A DNA stretch of 64,000 nt, from positions 29,946,001 through 30,010,000 of the forward strand of contig NC_043004.1 in NCBI RefSeq assembly GCF_006345805.1, in the 5' to 3' direction. Positions 1 to 11,901 of this stretch are shown one piece after another. Position 1 is the first letter of the stretch. Every line of letters begins with the position of its first letter. Source of the DNA: Octopus sinensis. Its lineage: Eukaryota. Below the pieces are notes generated by a model. It made no database searches and was not told the origin of the DNA. It worked only from the letters and a program-made list of their open reading frames with translations. The translations under genes and the position numbers were made by a program.

Positions 1-470
1 CTACAGCTGGATGCCCTTCCTAACGCCAACCACTCCGAGAGTGTAGTGGGTGATTTTATGTGCCACCGACACAGGTGCCAGACGAGGCTGGCAAACGGCC
101 ACGCTCGGATGGTGTTTTTTATGTGCCACCGACACAGGTGCCAGACGAGGCTGGCAGACGGCCACGCTCGGATGGTGTTTTTTATGTGCCACCGACACAG
201 GTGCCAGACGAGGCTGGCAGACGGCCACGCTCGGATGGTGTTTTTATGTGCCACCGACACAGGTGCCAGACGAGGCTGGCAGACGGCCACGCTCGGATGG
301 TGTTTTTATGAGGCTGGCAAACGGCCACGATCGGATGGTGCTTGTTACGTGCCCACAGCACGGAGGCCAGTCGATGCGGTACTGGCTACGGCCACGTTCG
401 GATGGTTTTCTTATGTGCCACGTGCCACAAAGATACAAATTCCATTGATGTTCATCTATTTTGATTTGTT
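1..470 (+). mobile_element. SINE-like interspersed repeat (5' part outside the window) with an internal ~62-63 bp tandem expansion (4 copies)
   Basis: The block ctacagctggatgcccttcctaacgccaaccactcc..gtgtagtgggtg recurs at ~4655, ~8328 and ~18500. The unit tgccaccgacacaggtgccagacgaggctggc starts at 61, 124, 187 and 249. Confidence 0.8.
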
Positions 471-481
471 TTGATTTGATT

Positions 482-505
482 TTCACTATATATATATATA
501 TATAT

Positions 506-594
<89 letters not shown>
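482..594. repeat. (TA)n microsatellite; similar tracts at 1087-1214, 1836-1980, 3620-3710, 3977-4180, 7079-7165, 10533-10657 and 34570-34620
   Basis: Direct inspection. Confidence 0.97.
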
Positions 595-598
<4 letters not shown>

Positions 599-770
599 AG
601 AGTTTATGAAAAAACAAAAGATGAAGACAGGAGGTGTACAAAACAAACAGATGTATTAGTATAACACTCAGGAATAGAAAAAGTCTTTTACGTTTCGAGC
701 CTACGCTCTTCTACAGAAAGGATCACAGGAAAAACAAGGAGAGAAAAAAATGTGTGTAGTGGCTAACTAC
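594..770 (-). mobile_element. Penelope-like element terminal-repeat (pLTR-type) fragment carrying a hammerhead-like motif
   Basis: A reverse-complement copy lies at 61405-61575. It contains the CTG-N-N-GA...GAAAC motif, and it abuts a (TA)n tract. Confidence 0.6.
683..720 (-). ncRNA. Minimal type I hammerhead ribozyme variant (family A)
   Basis: Minus strand reads cttt CTGTAGA a GAGC-gtag-GCTC GAAA CG TA aaag. Stem I is cttt/aaag, stem II is GAGC/GCTC, stem III is the palindrome ACGT. The core has A6>U and one extra A. Confidence 0.55.
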
Positions 771-1083
771 ACACATGTCATGTGTGGAGAAGTGCATGTC
801 ATGTGTTGAGAAGTTTGTGAATGAATGAATGAAGAATGTAAGGGGAGGTAACTGATGATCGTTATTACCGGGGACAGGGGAAGTAATTGCTCATCTTTTG
901 TGGGGTGGGGATGAATAAATATATATATATATATACAACGTAAAAAAAATAAGGTAAAAGTTTTTATTTTTCATTCATTTCGAAAATTGCTCTTAAATGT
1001 GGTTTTGGACGTTTTGACTGCTTCTTCCAGTGTGTAAAAAAATTACCTGTTAAAGGTAGTTTTCTCTTGTGTTTAACTGTACA

Positions 1084-1126
<43 letters not shown>

Positions 1127-1138
1127 GTACTAGTAGAT

Positions 1139-1218
<80 letters not shown>

Positions 1219-1228
1219 AGAGAGAGAA

Positions 1229-1730
1229 CAAACATCAAATTCGAGTCAACAACTTTATATATAACACCACACCTCCAAACATTTGATCATATATAAATAT
1301 ATAAATATTACCGAGATGCACTGAAATGGCCATAGATGTGTTTGACTTGATTTTGTGGAAATTTTTTGCTCCTGGACTTCAACCTACCATGGTTTTTATG
1401 ATATGAACTTTTCTGACATACTTTTTTGTTTGAGGGGAGTAAGAAAAAATTTTTTTTCGTTGATTGATATTTTATTTTATTTAGATTTTTAGTCACATGA
1501 CACACTTTAGAATTGTTAGTCAATTGTATATACCTTCTTGATAGGCTGGTCTGTATATCTGTATTTTTATTTGCATATATATTTTTTACCTTCTGTGTTT
1601 TTTTATATATGTATACTTTATATTTTTAAGGGCCATGGTAATATTTATATAAGATCAAATGTTTGGAGGCGTGGTGTAATATATAAAGTTGTTGACTTGA
1701 ATTTGATGTTTGTTCTCTGATCAATGTTTT
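1229..1730 (-). mobile_element. Degraded Penelope-like GIY-YIG endonuclease region with a 60-bp inverted duplication (1229-1288 / 1653-1712)
   Basis: aacatcaaattcgagtcaacaactttatat.. is the reverse complement of ..atataaagttgttgacttgaatttgatgtt. Broken reading frames resemble the PLE C-terminus (VIYKVVD; LKI*IK*NIN..SYSPQTKK). Confidence 0.45.
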
Positions 1731-1830
1731 TTTTTTATCTCTGTCTCAATTACATTTGAGTACTTATTTTTTGCAGTCTTATAATCCTTTTCATCACCAC
1801 AAAAAGAGGCAAAAATTATTTCTTGTCATG

Positions 1831-1954
<124 letters not shown>

Positions 1955-1979
1955 ATATTTATGTATGTATATATATATT

Positions 1980-3622
1980 TTTTTCCATCTAGTTTCAGCT
2001 CACGAGCTGTGGCCATGCTGGGGCACCGCCATTTGGTGTTGCTACATGATTTTACTTCACGAATGCTTTTTAGCAATTGACATTTGGTGCATGAAAGAGT
2101 TTGATGCAGCTGCCCTCATCTGCACCTCCTGCAGCGAAGTTGGTTCATCTGGGACACCTGACAGAAAGAGGTCCAGCTTTATTTTGAAGACACCTACATC
2201 TACCCCATGCAAGTCTCTCAAGTCTTTCGGGAGGATATTGAAGAGCTGTGAACCTCTGAAGCCCAGGCTATTGCAGTATCTGGTCCTACATCTTGATGGC
2301 AAATTTGGAGTCCTTGGCACTATGCAGTGGCGCCCAGTTCTAGTATTTGTGTAACTCTCAATGCCAAAGTTTGAGACAAGTCCTTCCAGAATCTTCCAGA
2401 TGTATATTATGGCATATCTTTCTTGCCTATGCTCTAAGGAATAGAGTCTTAACCTCTTGAGTCTTTCCCAATAGCTTATATGCTGCATAGAGGCTATCTT
2501 CTTTGTGTAGCTTCATTGGATTGCCTCAAGTTCTGAGATTAATTTGACATACTGGTTGGTGACCATAGCTGAGAGCAATAGTCAAAGTGGCTTAGGACAA
2601 GTGTTCTCCAGAGGACCATCATGGTTTCCTGGTCTCTTGTTCTGAAAGTTTTAAGAATCCATCCGGTCAGCTGCCTACATTTCATTGCCAATTTAGCAAC
2701 ATGCACATGAAAGGTTGCATCATTACTCATGTAAATGCCCAGGTCTCGCACTGATTGTGCCTCTGGGATTGCAATTCCTCCAGGTCCAGTGTATTTATTG
2801 GGTATTGCATTTAGTGTTGCATGCTGATAGCATAAAGCTTGAAACTTTTCAGCATTGAACTGCATGCTATTCTTTTCAGCCCACTTGTATATTTCATCCA
2901 GCTCACATTGCAGGTGCATAGTGTCTTCAGGGTTCTGTATTACCTGTGAAACTTTTGCATCATCTGCATAACTTGTTATCGTGGCTCTCTGTGTGGCTGA
3001 GGGCATGTCTGAGAGGGCCATTATGAACAGCAGTGGTTCCAAAACAGTGTCTTGCGGAACACCGCTCACTATTTGTGTGTCTTTGGAGGTGGCCCCATTG
3101 GCTACTACCACCTGACTTCTATCCTTCAGAAAGTCATGAAGCCATTCTCCCAATTTTCCAATTATGCCAAGATCATGCAGTTTGTGACATATTCCATGGT
3201 CAACTTTATCAAAGGCCTTTGCAAAGTCGAGATATATCACTTCCACAGTTGAGTGGTTGACCAGTTGTTTCAGCACCCAGTCATAGTGTTGTAAGAGCTG
3301 AGTTAGGCAGCTTCTTCCTGGTCGGAAACCATGTTGGGTGTCAGGCAGAAAGCCATTTTCTTCAAGGAAGGTGATTAGTTTCTTTCTGAATATTTGTTCC
3401 ATGACCTTGCTGATGTGTGAGGTCAGAGAGATAGGTCTGTAGTTCTTGGCCTCTGCTCTGCTACCTCCTTTATGAATAGGGCATATTTTACCCTCCTTCA
3501 GTTTTCTTGGAAGTTTGCCAGTTGCAAGGAAGCTCTGAAAGAGGAACTGCAGTGGTCTTGCTAGGATTGCTTACATACTTTTAGAAGGATTGCTGGGAAT
3601 CCATCAGGGCCAGTAGCTGTAT
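1980..3622 (-). mobile_element. 5'-truncated CR1/L2-group LINE, reverse transcriptase and C-terminal region
   Basis: ORF 2539-3402 has QHGFRPGRSCLTQLL, YLDFAKAFDKVDH, SGVPQ and YADD. Upstream in frame are GPDGIP and NYRPISLTSHISKVME. ORF 2057-2488 has LKRLRLYSLEHRQER. A stop/frameshift lies at ~2539. Confidence 0.92.
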
Positions 3623-3645
3623 ATATATGTATATATATGTATATA

Positions 3646-3713
<68 letters not shown>

Positions 3714-3759
3714 TGAATTGAAGAAATGGAGCTGAACGAAGATTGAACAGAAATCGTTT

Positions 3760-3852
3760 TATTTCATTCTACACGTGTTTCGAAAGGCACAATTTACCAA
3801 AATCCGATTGAATAATGAGACCATATTGTGTCTTTCTCTTCAGGAAGAAATA
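3760..3852 (-). ncRNA. Canonical-core minimal type I hammerhead ribozyme (family B)
   Basis: Minus strand reads tatttcttc CTGAAGA GAAAGACACAAT-[31 nt]-ATTGTGCCTTTC GAAA CACGTG T A gaatgaaata. Stem II is 12 bp with 1 mismatch, stem III is the palindrome ACACGTGT, the cleavage triplet is GUA, and stem I is 9 bp with a 1-nt bulge. Confidence 0.8.
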
Positions 3853-3975
3853 GGAAATCCGTTGGAAAAAACAAAAACAGAACAGAGGCGGAGCAAAACA
3901 AATCGAACTAGGCTCCTAAGAGCCCATGGTCAAACTTTTGATTAATCTGCCACAAGATTATTCATCTTTCTATTT

Positions 3976-4050
<75 letters not shown>

Positions 4051-4147
4051 GTATATATGTATATATATGTATGTAAATGTATGTATATATGTATATATAT
4101 GTATGCATGTATATATATATGTATATATATGTATATATATATATGTA

Positions 4148-4182
<35 letters not shown>

Positions 4183-4185
<3 letters not shown>

Positions 4186-4485
4186 TATGATCACCATGAC
4201 TGACCAGGCTAGCAGATGTTGCTACACATCGTTGGTCACAATGCGCTTCGCGTTATTTTAGCTTTCAAATGACACCACCTTGCTGGCTAAGCAAGCAGGC
4301 CAACAGAAGAAAGAGTGAGAGGAATTTGTGGCAAAAGAGTACAGCAGGGATCGCCATCACCCCCTGCCAGAGCCTTTTGGAGCTTTATTTTCGCTCAATA
4401 AACACTCACAACGCCCTGTCTGGGAATTGAAACCAAGATCCTACAACCGCAAGTCTGCTGCCCTAACCACTGAGCCATTGCACCT

Positions 4486-4487
<2 letters not shown>
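4183..4487 (-). mobile_element. tRNA-derived SINE
   Basis: The minus-strand head ggaggtgcaaTGGCTCAGTGGttagggcag...GGTTTCAATTCCcagac carries Pol III A and B boxes, followed by a non-tRNA body. Confidence 0.8.
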
Positions 4488-4534
<47 letters not shown>

Positions 4535-4535
<1 letters not shown>

Positions 4536-5195
4536 CATCATCATCATCATCATCATTTAGCGTCCGTTTTCCATGCTAGCATGGGTTGGACGGTTCAACT
4601 GGGGTCTGTGAAGCCAGAAGGCTGCATCAGGCCCAGTCTGATCTGGCAGTGTTTCTACGGCTGGATGCCCTTCCTAACACCAACCACTCCGCGAGTGTAG
4701 TGGGTGCTTTTTACGTGCCACCTGCACAGGTGCCAGACGGTGCTGTCAAACGGCCATGAACAGATGGTGCTTTTACGTGCCACCAGCACGGGGGCCAGGC
4801 GAGGCTGGCAACGGACACGAACGGATGGTGCTTTTACGTGCCACCAGCACGGAGGCCAGTCGGGGCGTCGCTGGCAACGGCCACGAACGGATGGTGCTTT
4901 TTACGTGCCACCGGCACGGGGGCCAGGCGAGGCTGGCAATGGCCACAAACGGATGGTGCTTTTATGTGCCACCGGCACGAGGGCCAGGCGAGGCTGGCAA
5001 TGGACACGAACGGATGGTGCTTTTACGTGCCACCGGCACGGAGGCCAGTCTGGGCGGCGCTGGCAACGGCCACAATTGGATGGTTCGCTTACTTGTCACC
5101 GGCACTGGTATCACAGCCGCAATTTCCATTGATGTTGATCGACTTCGATTTTGGTTCTGCTTTCTGATATCTGATTTGATTTTGATTTGATTTTT
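4535..5195 (+). mobile_element. SINE-like repeat with an internal ~60-68 bp tandem expansion (about 6 copies), same family as 1-470
   Basis: (CAT)n start, tttagcgtccgttttccatgctagcatgggttgg block, repeated ttttacgtgccacc..acggatggtgc units, and a (TTTGA)n end. Confidence 0.8.
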
Positions 5196-5324
5196 TGATT
5201 TTCACTTGCCTCAACGGGTCTTCACAAGTGGAGTTTTGTGTCCCAAGAAGGAAAGGTATGTATAAGTCGACTGGCTACATACCAGGTAGAGGCCTCACTA
5301 GTCTTGCTGGGTCTTCTCACGCAC

Positions 5325-5459
5325 AGCATATATATATATATATATACATATATATGTGTGTGTGTGTGTATATATATGTATGTATATCATCATCATCTAT
5401 ATGTATGTGTATATATATATATATGTATATGTATATATATGTATATATATATATGTATG

Positions 5460-5507
<48 letters not shown>

Positions 5508-5739
5508 TATATATGTATGTATATATATATGTATATATATATATTTATATATGTATATATATATATATTTATATATATATATGTGTGTGTCTATATGTAT
5601 ATATGTATGTTTATATATCAAAATATATATATATATATATGCATGCATATATATATATGTGTATGTATATATATATATATATGTGTATATGTATATATGT
5701 ATGTTTATATATATGTATATATATATGTTTATATATATG

Positions 5740-5780
<41 letters not shown>

Positions 5781-5916
5781 ATATATGTACATACATATAT
5801 GTGCATACATATATATGTGTGTTTATATATATGTGTGTATATATATATATATACATATATATATACATATACACATATATATATACATACATATATATGC
5901 ATACATATATATATAT
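5325..5916. repeat. Long compound (TA/TG/CA)n microsatellite; similar tracts at 25190-25410, 25960-26217, 37380-37465, 37700-37822, 58826-59115, 59386-59580, 60590-61268 and 61575-62050
   Basis: Direct inspection; these tracts are the source of the spurious IYIY ORFs. Confidence 0.97.
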
Positions 5917-6694
5917 CTCTTATTATAAAAGGCAGATTTTATCTGCCTCCCTTTGGGAGTTATACAAATCTACAATATAGGATTTCTTCAATTACAATTT
6001 ACCTAGCAGTTTTAAGAGTACAATGCATCGCGTCATGCCAGGTCCAGTTTTTAAAATTTAAACTCCAATTAAGCAAAATTTACAGAAAACTCACATTCTG
6101 GTGTGTGTGTCAAATGCTTTTCTTAGTCTGGTTTACACCACACGCAAACGCACACACACAGTGGGCAACGAATAAAATGAAAGTAAATGTAATATTTGTT
6201 TCTGTCTATCACGCTGATAGATACATGAGTAAAATGTATGGGAAGCTAACAGATAACAGTGAGTGAAAATGTTCTTGGAAGAGAGTAAATTAGCGACAGT
6301 GATTTGAGGAAGACTAAACTGAAACTATGAAACAGTGTTTATGTATAAACAGACGACACTTATATAAACCCTTTCGTTACCAAACCGCCCGAATTTACCT
6401 ATTCATATTTAAATGAGAATATCAGAGTAAATCTCTTTAGTACATTCGTGAAAACACGTATTATACTTCGTAAACACTTCAAATACAGTTTTGTACAAAA
6501 ATCGAAGTGTAATTTTAATTCCGTGAATTATGGGAGATTTTTTTCCGAAATTTGTTCCTATTGTGTTTTCAAAATTTGTAATTCTGACAAAAAATGGATA
6601 CGAATTTCATTATATGAAGCAGCGAGTCAGAATTCGAAGGATTTTCTACTGAAGACCTTCATAAATCTAACTCTATGACTGAAAAAAAAAAGCA

Positions 6695-7077
6695 TCTTTA
6701 TATAAGAGTGAAGTTGTGTGTCTGTCCCCTTCGATTTACATTCGTAATTACTCCCACATTTTGCGGTGCAGTTTAACCAAAAGCAGGTATCTTATAGTCG
6801 TGATCATATCGAGCCCTTCTGGGTATTAGCGCGCGTCTACGATGAGTCTACGATTTTAAAAAAATTTACCATCATATTTTTCCATTTTAATGCATTTTTT
6901 TCGCTTTTATATAAGGGAAGTAACTCTCTAAAAATATCTACGATGTGTCAACGATTTAAAAAAAATTTACCTTAATTTTTTTTCAATTTTTAATGCTTTT
7001 TTTTTGGCTATAACTCTCTAAAAATGCTTATATAGTTATTTCCCTTACAACCTGAGCAACGCCGGGCGATACTGCGA

Positions 7078-7078
<1 letters not shown>
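6695..7078 (+). mobile_element. Non-autonomous Helitron
   Basis: 5' end a|TCtttatataagagtgaagttgtgtgtctgtc; 3' GC-rich hairpin region gagcaacgccgggcgatactg then CGAG|t (a CTAG variant); inserted at A|T with no TSD. Confidence 0.7.
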
Positions 7079-7167
<89 letters not shown>

Positions 7168-7854
7168 AGAACAGTTGTTAGAATGTTGGAAAAAATGCTT
7201 TGTGGTATTTTTTTCTATTTTTATAATTTGAGTTCAAATCTCACAGAATCAAGTTTGCTTTTCTTCCTTCTAGGGTCGATAAAGTAAACTACCAGTCATT
7301 GCACTGAGGTCAATAAAATCGATCAACTGCCTCCTGTCAAAATTGCTTATCGTGTAATCAAATTAGAGGTATACCTACACAAGTGTGCCCCACTAGATAT
7401 TTTCCAATTAAATGTTTACAAATAACTTTCAGATGGCATAGATTACCATTAATATCGGAATTTAACATGACAAAAAAAAAATTTTTTTTGGAAATTTCAG
7501 GTTTCATTTTGTGACGTGAATCTGTGTATATGTGTGCAAGCCCTCCAGGTTTTTTGTTTTGTTTTTTTTTCTTTTTTCATATTAAATTCAGATACAATCA
7601 TAATATACACCATCTGAAAGGTAATTACAGAAAATTTCATTAAAAATATCCATTTTTTTGGAACGTTATGAAGAAATAAAGCCAACACATGTGAATTTTC
7701 TGAAATTTTCACATTGAGTTCAGATATAATCTGAATCTATTCCACCTGAAGCATATTTGTAAAAAATTTCATTAAACAATATCCATTTTTCTGGAAGTTA
7801 TGATGAAACAAAGTGAGTCCCGAGCACACACATGCCAGATTAGAAATTATTTGA

Positions 7855-8026
7855 TATTTCTGTCACAGGTATTTTCCACAGCAGGTTATTTGTAAGCAGG
7901 TTTCACAAAAGCTGTTTATTCTGTATATCAAAGGTAATTGCTATTTCTGTCACAGGTATTTTCCACAGCAGGTTATTTGTAAGAAGGTTTCTCAAAAGCT
8001 ATTTATTCTGTATATCAAAGGTAATT
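7855..8026. repeat. 87-bp tandem duplication (2 copies)
   Basis: tatttctgtcacaggtattttccacagcaggttatttgtaag.. starts at 7855 and 7942. Confidence 0.9.
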
Positions 8027-8199
8027 TCTGAACTTCCGGTATTTCTCTTATACCAGTGACAACAAACCATTATTATACCTGTCTCGTGTAGGTCCAGCTT
8101 GCTTTCAGGTGAATTTTGTAAGTGCTATTTTTATTTTAAAAATTATTTTTACTATTTTGATAATTTGTTTCTACCTTCTTACTAATACTAATTACATTA

Positions 8200-8385
8200 T
8201 CATCATCATCATCATCATCATCATCGTTTAACGTCCGTTCTCCATGCTAGCATGGGTTGGACGGTTTGACCGGGGATCTGGGAAGCCAGAAGGCTGCACC
8301 AGGCTCCAGTCTTATCTGGCAATGTTTCTACAGCTGGATGCCCTTCCTAATGCCAACCACTCCGTGAGTGTAGTGGGTGCTTTTT
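8200..8385 (+). mobile_element. SINE-like repeat, short form of the 4535 family
   Basis: (CAT)n followed by gtttaacgtccgttctccatgctagcatgggttggacgg...gtgtagtgggtgc. Confidence 0.8.
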
Positions 8386-8770
8386 ATATAAACAATTATA
8401 AAACAATTATAACTGCTGATGGGGGTAAGCAAAGAAAATAAATTTTCGTGAGTAAAATTTTTAAGAATATATATATAGCATGTTAGAAGGTCAGAAAATA
8501 TGCTTTGTGGTATTTGTTTGGATTCTTGCAGCCAGAGTTCAAACCTTGCTGAATCAAGTTTGCTGTACTTCCTTCTAGGGTAAAATAAAATAAAGTACCA
8601 GTCATGCACTAAGGTTGATAATGCACTGAGATCCTGTACAGTAAAATGTTAAACTGATCCTTAAATAATTTAGTCTCCCACCAAGAAAGGCATAACACCA
8701 CCATATTTACACGGCAAATATTTTTTTGTATATAGTTAATACTTTTTTTTCACTATTTCACATGCATTTA

Positions 8771-9220
8771 GGTACTTGATTCCATGCAAAAAATCCAAGT
8801 TTTTTTTTTTCTTAGTGAAAATCGTGCTGATGGAAAGATTAATGGGGGTGCAATTTCCGAGGCTTCCACCTCACCCCCACCCTGTTTTTCGGACCCCCAA
8901 AAGAGTTTTGCAACATACTAGGAGGTCACAGGAGTTCATTTCATCAGAAAAAAAAATTTCCAATGATTCCAGGATGGGAGGGGGATCCCCCATCGCCCCC
9001 CACCTTTTCCGAACCAAAATAAGAGATTTGCAGCATATTAGGAGGTCAGGGTACTTGATTCCATGCAAAAAATCCAAGTGAAAATCGTGCGGGTGTTACT
9101 CAAAAAATTTATCAGGTGGGAGGTATCTTGATAGTTTGGGTGGGGGGAAGCTATCTTGATAGTTTGCGTGGGGGGAAGCTATCTTGATAGCTTGCGTGGG
9201 GGGAAGCTATCTTGATAGCA
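8771..9220. repeat. Internally repetitive, probably DNA-transposon-derived block: 30-bp direct repeat with 279-bp period, plus four 28-bp hairpin-bearing units
   Basis: ggtacttgattccatgcaaaaaatccaagt at 8771 and 9050; tatcttgatag at 9124, 9152, 9180 and 9208. Confidence 0.8.
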
Positions 9221-9877
9221 GGGGGTACTGAACAGAGCTTTAAAAACTGTACTGTTTATAAAATTTGATAATGTTTTTCAAGAAAATTCACACAACACAA
9301 AATAATAAAATCAGGTTACATTTATTTAATCTGCAATGTACGGCGATGCAATGTAAAAAATTTTGGATTTAGTTTTTTTCAATTGCAAAATAGGAATTTT
9401 TTAAAAGGAAGTAAAAAATCTGAAAATTGGCTATAATGATGTAGTCTTCCAGTCTCATTGCTATGAAGGTATGATGTTGCTGAGAAAAAAATTGGAGGAA
9501 AATGTTACAGAAAAATTGAATTTTTAGCCTGTAGTGAGACAGAAATCTTTTGTGTTTAGCAGAGCAGTGTCAACTTTAAGGTTGTACTCTGTGAACTTTA
9601 TAGTTTAGAGTCTGTCACATGTTAATTGTAGGTTTCTAAATAAGCAGAAATACCTAATAAAATCAACATGTATCATCCTACTGTTTCTTTTGTCTCTTTG
9701 TTGATTATATGTTTTTAATTATTTTTTAAAATGTTATATTAATATATTTGCATGTGTTTACTTTATGTGTATTTCAGTATTATGTATACCTGTCATGTAT
9801 TTGTGTACATCATTAATACATAAGTGCATCTAGATGTATATATTCATATATAAATTTATATATACATTTATGCATTC

Positions 9878-9908
<31 letters not shown>

Positions 9909-10531
9909 AAACTCCAAAGTTGAGTAACATTTTCATGCTTGGATTTGTAAACCTCGATAAGAATAACTGGTCAACAGAGAACTTGTCTCAAAGGCACAGA
10001 AAAATATGCAATATACTAACACACAAAAAAATTAAAACAAAACCACACTGGTGAAAAGAATCTCATGGTGTGAAGAATCAAGTATGAAAAATCAACATAG
10101 AACAACGTGTGGCACAGACAATAGTGGTTGTCATGGTAACAAGCTGCTAATGCCATGCTATCTGTTGATTGGATAAAATTACACACATACGCATTTGTAA
10201 TTACCCACACTTTTTCACATACTGCTAAATCAAATGAATAGCGACCTCAGATTTTATGAATTTGATGAAACAACCTTTCTGTCCTTAAAGTGTCTAAAAT
10301 TTAATAAAGTTGTCCACGAAAGGGATGTAAAATTTTTTTTTTGTTAAAAGTATTGTTTTCAACTGTCTACAAACACTACAGGCTGAGGCATTTTGCTTAA
10401 ACTGCATTCTTCCAAGAGCGAATATCACGAACACAAATCTTCAAACTGGAGAGGCTTAAATTCTAATGTTGGTGGGGTTAAGCCATAGCACAGCATAGCA
10501 CCCCTATGATTACATGCCTAACGTAGAAATT

Positions 10532-10573
<42 letters not shown>

Positions 10574-10606
10574 TATATGTATGTGTGTGTATGTGTATTA
10601 TATGTA

Positions 10607-10659
<53 letters not shown>

Positions 10660-10660
<1 letters not shown>

Positions 10661-11870
10661 CACATACATACAGACTTGTCCTTTACCTGTGCTGGTACCA
10701 CATAACATGCACTTGTGCCAGTGCTGTATGAATGCACCCATGCCAGTGGTACATAAAAAGCACCCAGTACACTCTATAAAGTGGTTGGTGTTAGAAAGGG
10801 CATCCAGATGTTTGTCTCTTATACCCAATTTTTCTCTTAAGTCTCTTACACTCTGTTGTACATGGACACTGACATTGCACATCTAGTGGAGCATATTAGC
10901 TTCATTTCTTTCAAGCTTTCGCATGTCCTCTGCAGTCACAACCCATGTTTCACAGCCCTATAGCATGGCTGTTTGCACACAGGCATCATACAATCTGCTT
11001 TTCATCTGAGGAAGAGGCCCTTTGTTAGCAACAAAGCTAGAGGCTCTCTCAACATTGCCCAGCCTATTCTTATTCTAGCAGCTATGCTCCCAGAGCATCC
11101 TCCTCCGCTGCTGACTTGGTCACCTACATATTAAAAACTATCTACTACTTCTAAATTTCTCTCTAGGCATTTAATGAAGTGTATTTTCTGTGTATTTTTT
11201 CTAGTGTTTATTGTGCCTAAACTGCTACACACAAAAACTATTTTCACTGTTAACCTTCGTCTGATACTGTTGCACCTTTTATGTCTATAGCTAGCCCTGA
11301 GTACACCTTACTGAGTTTTTACAAACACCTTTTCTATGTATCAAGTAGAGCCATCTCCCTAAAGAGATTTGTGATTTGTCTGTATGCTAAACTTACTGGT
11401 CTTTGCTAAATGAACTCTAAAACCCTTTGATTACAGACTTTGCTCCCATGCCTGAAATGTCTTCTCTAGTTCTAGTAGTGATTCAGCTATAAGAACAAGG
11501 TCATCAGTATAGAGGAGCTCCCAGGGGCAGCCCATATTAAATTCCTCTGTCATACACATTTCCCATAAACTCTTTTCTGGAAAGCTCTTGCTATCTTACT
11601 ACAAAACCACCCCAGGAATGGATGTTTTTTCATACCAAGTGATATAACTATATACTTAATCCCCTGCTTAATTTGTTTCATCTTTTTCACAGCAACCGCA
11701 AACTGGATGTGCCTATTTATCTCCAACAATAGAGAGCAGTTGCCATATTTCATTCCATAACGGCTACCTCTGAAGAGCACAGGATTACATAATTGGACAG
11801 TTACCTAACACTCCATTGAGCCTCTGGTGCGAAACCAATTGGTAAGATCAGCCATAATGGATATATAATA
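10660..11870 (-). mobile_element. Degenerate RTE-clade LINE reverse transcriptase fragment with 3' region
   Basis: Broken minus-strand frames give GCPWELLYTDDLVL (YADD motif) and LEVVDSFKYVGDQVSSGGGC. Confidence 0.8.
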
Positions 11871-11901
11871 CTGTACACTTCAATTAATATATATGTATAT
11901 A

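Noticed and set aside
46-474. Regular ~62-bp repeats and overlapping repetitive ORFs resembling a CRISPR array or repeat protein
   Set aside because: The units are contiguous with no unique spacers, sit inside a SINE-like family seen elsewhere in the window, and are open in several frames only because of periodicity.
1008-1032. ctggaaga..aaaacgtc hammerhead-like string on the minus strand
   Set aside because: No stem II and no stem I pairing; at most a decayed remnant.
7374-8093. Possible MITE bounded by acctacac / gtgtaggt
   Set aside because: Only 8-11 bp of inverted match and no convincing TSD.
9526-10386. gcctgtagtg and cactacaggc as CACTA-type transposon ends
   Set aside because: They face outward, and I found no partner terminus for either.
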